From Lingula anatina (Eukaryota; Animalia; Brachiopoda): a stretch of 64,000 nt of DNA. How positions within the stretch are numbered: the stretch's first letter is position 1; the number at the start of each line of letters is the position of its first letter. Both the position numbers and the translations under genes were made by a program. The notes under the pieces were generated by a model, which was not told the origin of the DNA, did no database searches, and worked only from the letters and a program-made list of their open reading frames with translations. Positions 1 to 11,200 of the stretch are shown in pieces. Where the stretch lies: the NCBI GenBank assembly GCA_051362555.1, contig CM120640.1, positions 15,996,001-16,060,000 of the forward strand, in the 5' to 3' direction.

Positions 1-193
1 GTATACGAGTATATATAGTTGTCTACAATAGTAATGAACTGTTTTCTTAAGGTTAAGTCCATTGAATAAGTCATTTCTATAAAGAAAACTATTTCTGAAT
101 GGTAATAAAAAGAATATTAAGTTCTTGGGTTCTTTTTTCTCACAACATGAATAATCTCTTGAACTACCCACAGGAAGCAAACATGTACCTCAC

Positions 194-3100
194 CATTCAT
201 GTACTTGGTCAGAGAATGCATTACAATGTCTGCTCCAAGGTCAAGTGGTCTCTGTGATAAATACATTAAACCATGCTATTAGTGTTGAATGTTAATTTTT
301 CAAACAAAAGCACAATTTAAAACTTAACAAATCTTTTAATAAATGACAAGAAATGTGCTCATACACTGGTACATCATGGTCAATAACTAATGTTCAGTTT
401 TTGAAACTGAATGCTGTCCATTCAATTGAACCAAAACCAGTTTTAATTTCAATTCAACTATCAATTCACCTCTTTCTTTACTGTTGACTTATAAATTATT
501 TTATATTATTTGGGACTTGCCTGGAAGTAAGATGAAGTAAAAGTGCTATCTACAGCCACAAAAACATCTTTCTGTTTATGTGCTATATCACACACTTCTT
601 TGATATCCACCAGCTTCAGAGTGGGGTTGGTGGGAGTTTCTATCCAGATCATCTAAAAAACCAACCAGATATTTACTTGTTATAGTGCTAGGCAAAAGAA
701 TTTATTCAGAATACTCAATAGGTTATACTTTGAATGATGTGCATTTTAGTTGAGGAAAGTTGAGCCACTTAGGTATGTATATCTTGTTTTAACTGATAGA
801 AACATTAATATTCAATTGTTTTTTTATATATTTTAAAAATTTTTTTTCTGTCACATCATGTGTTCTATTTGACTATATTTTAGTCAGTCATGCAAATATA
901 AAAATAGCACAGTGAAAGGGATAAAAAAAGTTTATGGTTTTACCCATTTTTTTTCAATTTTGATATTATCCAAAAATAATGTATAAAAGTACCCTGTGCT
1001 ACCCATGATAAATTTTATACTCTGTGACTCTAATAGCATAGAATGTGTTATACAATAACTTAATTTTCAAGTCATGCACCTACTAGTCCTATACTGCCAT
1101 GCAAAACCATTAAGATGTCAGATGTCAAGTACTCTTTTTACTCTTTACATCTTTTAATATATACATAAAATGCATTAGGTATCACACAGTGGTACACAAA
1201 CACAGACCTTTGTGTTTGGTTTCATTGCTTTGGCCACGTTAGCTGAATCCGTACAATCCACAAAAGAGGTCTCTAGGTTCAGTCGTTTGGCTACCTTATT
1301 GAAGTAGCGGTTAGTGCCTGAATTACAATTAGTAATTTAGTATGCAGTACCTTTTCAAAGCGTTTAAACAGAATTTTCTTGATTTTCTCAAACATGTATT
1401 CAGTAATACTGAGTACTCATTGGTGTAATCACTTAAAATTTTTTTATGTGTACTGATTTTCTCTTCTGTTTATGGTAAAAAAATATAATTTTTTTATACC
1501 TCCATACAAGTCATCCATGCTAATGATATGATCCCCTGCATTTAGCATGTGGGTGATAGCTGTGGTGGCTGCCAAACCAGAGGCAAAACATAAACCTGAA
1601 ATACAGAATAAAAATTTAAATCCATACCAAAACAGAAGCCCTCAGGATATATAACTGAAACAATTTTTTTTAATCTTTAAAGAAACAATCTGAGGCAAAT
1701 TAACACTGGCTTCATACCAAATGACACTACAACTTTACATAAACCTTTAATTCATGACAAATCAATTCAACTACAAAACTGTGCACAAACAGCACACTCA
1801 AAACTTACAATGTTTTGCATTTTCAAGGGAAGCAATGCACTTCTCAAGAACATTGCGTGTTGGATTACCACTACGGCCATATTCAAAACCCTAGAAATAT
1901 TACAAAAGCAATTATAAACCCTCTGCCAGATAACTCTAAATGTGTATTCCAGCTGAAATATGCTTTACTATAACATTATAACACATATTGGTCTACTAAA
2001 TGTTTAATAACATCTACTACAAATTTTTAATGTAAACTCTCCATAATGGATACAGGATGCATGAGATATGATAAATCAGATGGCATGCAGGCATTTCAAG
2101 AGATTCAAATAAACCATATAATTTTTGTCCATCTCTTTTCTAGGATGCACAGTATCAAATAAGGATATCGATATATTACATAACTTTCATGATTTTTTAA
2201 CATGAAAAATGATTCTGAAATGATGAAAAGACAAAATTGGGTCTTGCATCATCCTTCTCTAAGTGGTATGACCTTAGAATGTCATGATACCATGCTCAGA
2301 TATCCTGGCAACCAGCAGATTTGTTAAAATGCTCAGCTACCTCTTACATCAATATAAAAGTTATTTTAAATGGCAACAAATATAAAAATGCTGTAACACA
2401 ATGGAAGAACTACACCATATTGAGAGCACACCATACTTGTATATTTTCCAACATTTATTCAAACTTAAGATCCCTAGTGCAAAATGGAGGCATGTGGTTT
2501 TATGAATTGTTTATGAAATAATATGTCAATCTTAATAGCTATGCTGTACAAAGAATATTACCATATTATATACTAGATGTACTTGTATGAAAATTATATA
2601 TGAATATAAATGACACCAAAATAAAAACTTTTTAGTGAGTCTACTGACCATCCCATAATATTACATTAGATCCTGGACCAATGATTCAGCAAATTTGGTA
2701 TGCTATTTACTTGATAATGGATAATGAAACAGCAATTTCTGAGGCATAAGGTGTTTTAATGTTCACTCCAGCAGTTCATCATTTACATATAATTATTATC
2801 ATTTACATTCTACAATTCACCACAAATTTCTTCCATTGGTCGGATGAAGTGATGTTTTGTTACCCTCTTCATAAACTGCATCTGCTCATGCAGAAGCACT
2901 GAATTGGATAATAGGAAAAACTAATGTAAATTGTTTGTGAGATGTGCAAAAGGTGCATAAAGACACAATTCTGTGATTATACAATGTACATTATTATTTC
3001 TTGCCTAGCTATTACATCAAAATGTTCACACCTACCTGTACTAGTACATGTAATTCTGTTTGTGTAGGTAAAGATAAAGGTTTAGCTTCATGCATGTAGC

Positions 3101-4721
3101 CTGGTGTCCTTGATCAGCCAGCTTTAAAATTTTATGCCTGGTTTTTATGGATCTGTTAAATATTACAATGATTTCAACTCCCTCGGGAGCATTCAATCCA
3201 AGCAAGCCAATATGCCCTGTGCAGAATTATCATCCATGTTACCAGCACTGCCATAACCATGCAGGTCTTTACCTCTCTGCTTTAGCAAAGAGACAGTGGG
3301 TACAGTCTTTGGTATGACCCAGCCATGGGAAATGAACCAATGATTTCAAAAACTGGTAGAGCCATCCAAAAATTGACCCCTGGTTTATTTCATTGGGAAG
3401 CAAACAAAGGGTAATTTCCCAACAAAAACAAATCTCTTCAATATCTCTCATATGAAAAAATTTTAATTTCAAGCTTCTGAAAATTTTTATCTGCTGGCAT
3501 AAACAGTCAGTGAATTCCATCACTCTGGCTCTTGTCAGCTGTCTTGTACTTTCACTCTGTATATGCATACTATCAGAATATATTTAAAAATAGATTAAAA
3601 AATAAGAAAAAAAGTCCTTGCCATACAAGTTTTTTTAATGTAACTTAAAGTAATCTTGGGAGTGAACATCTGAAATATACCATGTGGCAGTGTTCTAGGC
3701 CCCTGACACACACACTTACTGTTACACATACACACACACACACACAGGGAGTCATGAACACAGTCATTCCTAAGAAATGTTTAGCTGCACACATAGAACA
3801 GAACCATATATGGGCTTTGACATTCAACTGACTTTATGTAGAGTTAGATGTACTATGCGAATAAGCATCTGGAAGATCATAGAATTTAAAAACCTGACCC
3901 AAAGGCTGTACCATGATATAAGGATCAGTAGCTGATAGCCTACATATTGAATTTGCTTACATGTACATGATGCAAGAGGCACCTCAGGTCATGATGCACT
4001 GTTAGGCACTAGCTTGAGGCAAATTGCCCACCAAAAAAGCACCGGACTGGTAAATAATAATAATCAAATGCCATAAAACACTAGCCCACTTTAAGACCCT
4101 GATTGCCCAAAAGGTTAGTAGTATATAAAGTTTTTGGTACAGATTGTTGATGCTGTGTTTTAATGTATCTGTTTATTTTTTGTGTACCTGTAACTGCATA
4201 GTGGTGACCTACAGGTAGCTTAAAGACTAAGGCACTGACTTAAAAATTGACAAACATTACATTTTGCTTATTTTAATGACTCTGTAGGCAGGGAGGGATA
4301 ACTACAGTACCCAACCAACTAATACTACAATGCAGGCTTACACCTTTCCCCCAAAGTACTGAGTAATTGAGATCTATAGTACAGTATCAGCGGACGTGAA
4401 ATTAATTCACGAATGCAGTTATATACCTAACCCGCTGTTATACATGCAGCTTCCATACGGTGATTTCAAAGAGGGTGCAAGTTGTAAAATTTCAAGTGAC
4501 AACAAATCATTCCCTGATACAAGGCGCCTACCAATGTGACAAGTGATAGCAATGTAAACATTGACGCGTGGCCTTACCGCGTGTTTTCCAGGTGCACTTT
4601 GCTTGAATGTTGCAGCTAAAGAAATCGGTGGCACGACAGCCATTGAATTCCACTGCTCTGGCTCCTGTCCCTCGTGGATCGCATCAGTCGCAAAATGTGG
4701 AAACGTGGTTGTCCCTTCCAT
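194..4721 (-). CDS. CTH: Cystathionine gamma-lyase (CSE), exons 1-6; remaining exons lie left of the window
   Basis: Minus-strand exons 4721-4578, 1890-1809, 1595-1500, 1317-1208, 652-521 and 251-194 join in phase: MEGTTTFPHFATDAIHEGQEPEQWNSMAVVPPISLAATFKQSAPGKHA/GFEYGRSGNPTRNVLEKCIASLENAKH/CLCFASGLAATT...DDLYG/GTNRYF.../MIWIETPTNPTLKLVDI...VDSTFTSSYFQ/RPLDLGADIVMHSLTKYMNG. Hallmark motifs of the Cys/Met PLP family are present, including the PLP lysine in SLTKY. Confidence 0.96.
3172..3340 (-). mobile_element. Degenerate tRNA-derived SINE fragment in CTH intron 1
   Basis: Minus strand reads ggttcatttccc...gggtcataccaaagact (decayed B-box followed by a Meta-SINE-like segment) and ggattgaatgctcccgagggagttga (Nin/Deu-domain-like). 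Recognised from memory of lophotrochozoan SINE consensus sequences only. Confidence 0.5.
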
Positions 4722-5203
4722 GCCGGTTCTCGAGACGCATTAAAATGCTCACTGGATTTGTTACTGTGGTTGCCGGAGCTTTATAGTCAAGGTTAAGGCT
4801 AGGATCGAAAGGAAAACAAGTGGCACACACCATTTTCATAAAAAGATATATACATTGAATGAAAACATTTAACTGTTTTATAAACAAAAATACGTGTTTT
4901 TACTCCATTCTTATTTATTTTACGTTATGTTATGTTACATTTAACATTTGTTTGATATTTGACTAAAAGTTTATGATTCTGCAAATCACCCCTTTCGCTT
5001 CTCGTAGAGACACACCTCCGGAAAAGCTCCGGAATCTGACATCGGATTAATTCTTTAAAAAAATTAATGTCATGCTTGAGAAAAGAAGAAACGTCTAACT
5101 TATATTTATCTATATTTGTGACGATATCGATCATCTGAGAAACACGAAATACTGGTTTATATCTTACGTTGATTGAAAACAAAGTCACGTGACCAAAAGT
5201 GAC
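4722..5203. promoter_or_regulatory. Putative bidirectional promoter between CTH and ANKRD13C
   Basis: Divergent ATGs at 4721 (-) and 5204 (+). Locally CpG-rich compared with the flanking introns. Palindromic E-box GTCACGTGAC at 5184-5193. Confidence 0.75.
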
Positions 5204-8200
5204 ATGATGGCGGAGGAGGAGAGATTCCTTCTTCACGAATCTGTATTTCATGATGATATTAGACGAGTTGCACAACTCTTACGGAGTCATGATATTGCAC
5301 AGAGAGATCACCATGGTAAGTGAAATCTTGGAATATATTGAAATTTTGAACAAGTTTGTCAAATGTTACTTCATTGAGTTATTATGTTGGTTGAGTGTAA
5401 ATTCAATGGCAATGTGGCAACGGAGTACAGTGGTGGTTCAGACAGAAAGTTGCAGTTCAATCGATTTGAATGATTACAATCGAGCGTATATATATTGATT
5501 CGATAGTCGACAAATCAAACCATGCTGCATTGAAAATCGTTGTACTGAATGCTTAAGGACCCGTGTGTTTGCCTTATATTTTATCGTGATTGTGACTGCT
5601 ACATATACATTACTAAAGTAAATCTACCCCATTTACATTGTACAAAGTAGCGTGATTATTGCCATGCTTTAGTATTCCTATTAACATTTTCTTATACGTA
5701 GTGTATGAGCTTACACATGGAAAATATATGAAGTAACTGTAAAATTATGACTAACTACTGCTATTGTGGGTGCTCTCCACGCTCGGCTGTCACCTTGATT
5801 GGATAGTAAACGATTGTCGTAAAATCGCTAAATGATATTAAAACCCGGTGCATAAACTTGAAAACCACCTAGGACAACCTAAGACTGCCACATTAATCCA
5901 ATACAATGCAAAAATAAACTATAACAAGTGGTTAAAGCCTTCAAACCGAATGTCGTAAAGTCCCCATATACCTCCATAGAGACAATAAAATAGAATGAGC
6001 TTCTGAAACAAACCTGATCCAGTTCCAACAGAATAATCGAAATAAAATACTGCCGGGCATCGGAGCGGCCTAAAACTTGGCACGCTTATCGCTAATACTG
6101 CAGGCTACATCATCCCGTCGCTCGTTTGTAAATTCCGTGCATGGCATACGCACAATCAAACCGTAAAGCCAAATATCACCAAATATCACCCCTGATGTTT
6201 ATCTTGGTCCTCTCAACAATCCAATTCAGGAAATGACGTAACCGCAGAGGTCGCATTGTCCAATGGCATGGCTTCTTTTTCGTAATGGTAGGTTAGAGTG
6301 GACCAACTTAAACATCAGAGGTGGAATTTTGATTTACGGTTTGATTGTGCACGGAATTTACAAACGAGCGACGGGATGATGTAGCCTGCAGTATTAGCGG
6401 TAAGCGTGGTTATATAAAAGCAAAATATATAACAAGGACATTAAGTGACATTGATGTAACTTAACAAATCAGCACAACCTGTTTGTCGTCAGGTCACTCA
6501 CCATGTTGGAAAATGGCTCTTCTTGGCAATAATAGACAATAACATACAAAATTGATTGGTTTTGTGCACTATCATCTTTAAATCTTTAAATGATTATAAT
6601 TTTAATATACATGTTTAAACTGCTAAAGGTTGTCTACATTATATCAGCTTTAGCTGACTTGTTACTTGATTTTGTGAGAAAAATGCGTTTAGAATAATAA
6701 TAATAATTATTATCATGATAGTCAGAAATGAGCATTTGCTGAATATAGGAAAACTACTCTGCTATTGATTTTTGATCGCATGGTTACTGTCAAGTGTTTG
6801 ATTTATTGTTAATTGAATTTTGCTTATGAAACAAATTCTATAACTGGCCTATATCAGTGCACTTGAAGCATACCAGCTTCCAATTCCTGTGACCTGACCC
6901 AATCCTCTCCTTGGAGTTCCCTGAAAAGTGCACAAACACAGAGAGCACCCCTAATTTATTTCTGTTATGCAGCTTGCCTTTAGTGTTAATTGAAAATATG
7001 GTTCTAACCTAGTTGATGGATATCCTTGTTTCAGACAAGCTGGGTTGTATGGTTATCACATTGAAATAATATCCTAGTTATATAACATACTGGCATTAGT
7101 ATTCTTGTGGCTTTGTATTTTGTATAACTGGAGTAAAATTGTCATTAATGTCAAACATTTACTATTAGATAAATAACAAAAAATCATATTTTCAATAAAG
7201 GTAATTAACAAGTTTTTATCACCTGATAGTTATTATTTATTTATACAAACTTTTTTGGGGGGACTAGCTTTGATGTTGGAAATACTTATTTATGGATCAG
7301 GTGATAATTTGAGCTATTACTATTACTTTAAAGTCACACTGGTAGTTCGCAGATTATTTCTATGAAAAGTCTTGATGAGAAGCACTTGAGGCAGTGTCTT
7401 AAAGGGATAATAACTCTTCGTATCAGATCTATATTTCACGATAAAAACATTGTGAATAACTCATAAAAATATAATATATTCTATTTTACCACAAAAATGG
7501 CAGTTATAGCTATTATTCTGATATCTGAGCTTGTCTTTAGACCACGTGACCTCCATTGATGGCTATACTCTGTTAAAATCTCTTAAGAGATTTTAACAAA
7601 AACCAAACTTTTTAGAAAAAAAACAGGGACAATTGAATGTAAAAATGGATTTGTTAACCATTGGTAAGTATGGGAAAATTGTTGTTTACTCCAGGAAAAT
7701 TCATTTTTTGGCTGAAACGAAGAGTTATTATCCCTTTAATATGAATCCCTTCATACACTATGACTGAAAGTCTAATGTACTTTGGTATTATGTCAAAGTA
7801 AAGATTATGCAGTTTTAAAGTGCCAAGGAATGATTTTGCAGTGCAGTGTCATTCTGCACTTTTCTTAAAGTTAATTTATACAAAATCAGTAGATCTTTAA
7901 ACCCCAGAAGATACCATAGATTACAAATCAATGTAATATCAGGAGCAGTTAATATACCCCCCCCCCCCACCCACCCACCCACCTCCATACACACAAACAC
8001 CTAATGTACATACCTTCTGTTATCCTGTTCATGGTTGGTAATGGATTACAAAATGATTGCAGAGTGGGGATTTGCAATCAAGTGTCTGTCATGAAGTTAG
8101 GCATTTTAGCTGTTTCAGTTAAAACTGGTGAAAGCACGGTTTTAATTTATAGTTGCAATAAACCTATACCTTACACTTTACTGTTATTGCCAGAAACATT

Positions 8201-11200
8201 TTTTGTTATGTCGAGTATTCTAATCAGTTGGTTAAATGGAAAGCAGAGTATATGGACATATAATGAGCCTTTGCTAATAAATTTATCATTTTAATTACAA
8301 GGGAACTGATTAGATATACCACTGTCAAATTGTTAAAGTGTAAGGGAATTAGGACAGACATCGGTATTGATCTTTAATTCGTAAAGATTAATATGTATGT
8401 AAGTAGCTAACAAAGAAACTATTAAAAAAGGTCTGAAGATTATTTATTTCTTGAGGGTATTTAAGAGTGGTTAAGCTGTATAATATTGTATTTGCCTTTC
8501 TGGTGTCAACAAATGATTAGAAACATTTTCTGAAATTTTACAGGTAACACGCCTTTGCATTTGGCAGTGATGATGGGACACAAAGGTGAGTCTGAATAAA
8601 TTCTACTTTTCTAAAGTAATTTTATAACCTACACAATGTTTTTTCCTGTATGCACACACTGTTGGAATACAAAGTAGCAAGTATTATTGTTATTGACTGT
8701 GTGTTCATCATCAATATGTTACATAAATTTACAATAGAGGTATAATTTGTGTTCCCTTAGGCACTTTACATTAGTGACGCTGTTTTCCAACTATGTCTGC
8801 ATTCAAAAACACATACTGAAGTGAAGAACAAACATTTTTCCATCATCTCTGCCTTTGATGTACCTATACTTCCCTTGTATGTTGGGTACACTGAAAGTTG
8901 TGGGAAAATTTCAGGATGTCTGATAATAAGACAAAAGTTTTCATTGATATTTTTAGATTAACTATTTACCATTCCACCATTGATCCTTATGTTAATAAAA
9001 AGTAGGAGTTTTTTAAGGCAAACCTTTAACCAGACCTAATAATCAGCATTGATTTTAGACATTTAGCAGGGAAGTGGTTGTTTACTGATTTGTCTACCCA
9101 CATTAGCTCTGTAGATGTAATCCTCAGAAATTTATAATTAGAAAAAAAGTAATTAATTTCTTATCTTCTGTTCAACAGAGATATACAACAGAGATACCTC
9201 AAAATTATAAAAACAATGACTTTGATCACTTCACACATGGCAGTTAGATAAAAATGGCATGAATATATTTCTGTAGTTTAATATTGATTTCCTGTTGAGT
9301 TTTGTTAAACTTCCCCTGAAATAATCAATGACCGCATAGTGCTTATGTCAGCACCCGTTTTATAATTGAAGTGTTAATACACTCCAAAAAAGAGAGCTAT
9401 ACGTGTCTTTTTTTTCATTAATGAGTTTTCAGTACTTTCTTCTTATACCCAACACCTTCCTGTCCTTTGTGAATTATTAAGAATATGAATTTCAGATATT
9501 TGGTTTTTTTCTCCATGGTCCATGCTGAATCTGCAGTTAATATGGAGCAGTGACAAACATTGCTTAAAGATATATACAGTAACAAGTTTGTGCCGATTCA
9601 AATTAGCTTCTGTATGTGCATGGATTTGCACATGCAGGCTAGATCCTTGCATAAATATGTTGTATAAAGAAAGTAAATAGGAAATGTCATCAAAGCTGTA
9701 TTTAAGACACTTAAGTCCCCTTGCACACCTGTACATGTACATGCTCAAGTATTTAACAAATGTAATGTAACACCAAAGAAGTAAGTATGCAGCCAGGTGG
9801 TGTACGTAGCTACAATAAAGACATGATGGTATTTTATCATAAACTTCCTGAAGAGTATCCCCATAGCAGCTGTAAAAGATGACCAGATTTTCATGCAAGA
9901 CAGAAATAAATAAATAAATAAATAAAATCAATCAAACAAACAAATAAAGAACATACTAGTACTGATTAAATTTGGTGGGAGGGGGGGGGGTATTTTTCTC
10001 TGACAAACCAACTTTTGATCTTCCTTTCCTGACCTTCACCATAAGTTTTTGACACCCTGAGAAAATCAAGTCTTAGCGCATGCTAAGTGATTTTTTTTCA
10101 AATTCCACCATCCCCTCTGCATGATTTAAAACTGTGTCAGTATAGGTGACAGGTGCTGAGGTTCGTAAGGACAGGCTAAGTTTGATTATTTTTGTGACCT
10201 TGATTTATGGCAACTACTGTAATCAAAAAGTGTTGTTTTAGACAAGTTCAACAAAAAGTGGTTTATGCACTTAATTTGTGTTTAAATCCTATGCTTAATT
10301 ACTTTAAGTTGTTAACATCATTATTGTTAATGGGGCCTGTTGAATATCAGAGGTATTATATCTTTTTAAAGGTTTTCAAAGATTTTATAAATTTTTGAAG
10401 GTTTTAACTGACATAGTATTTAAATTCTTTTCAGCATGCATGCATACTTTGATATTTTTTTAATATTCATGTTTATAATAATCAGTTTGATTTTTCTGTT
10501 TTGAAATTTATTAATTTTATTTTTCAGAATGTGTTCATCTACTTCTCGCCCATGGAGCTCCCGTCAAGGTAAAAAATGCTCTTGGCTGGAGTCCCTTGGC
10601 AGAATCTGTAAGCTATGGAGACAGACAAATAAGTAAGTGATAAATCATCAAGGTACATATGAGAGAACACACTGTAGAATATAATGTCTTGTTTCAAGCA
10701 TAATTTTGCCTAGCACCCATATCAGCATATCAAAATATTGGAAGCCCTTAGTCAATGAAAAATATATTATATATTGTCTTCTTACTGTGACGTCTAATTG
10801 CATTGTGTTTATCCATTGGAAAGTAAATTTTATGCTGGTATCATTTATAAGAAAAACGTGTAATGCAGGTTTTTTCTCTTGATGGCAAACCATTACACAA
10901 GTTTTGAAAAACAAGGTTGCATGTTATCTTGTAATAAGAGTTATCTTGCCTGTGGTTGGTAGTTCATAGTTCAGGTTCAAGTGTGTGTATGTGTTATTAG
11001 TTTGAAAAACCTTTCTAAGATGTTCAAACCAATTTTTTGTCACAGATGATCTGATGAATTGTACAATATTTGTGGTGAGCAGATGTTAAAAGCTGTTACC
11101 TAGAAAGCCATTTGTGCTATTTAATGGCTTCTGTGTTTCTGAATCTTACTAGGTTTTTTCACTTATTATCTAGTAGTAAATTGAAAATATTGGTATCTCT

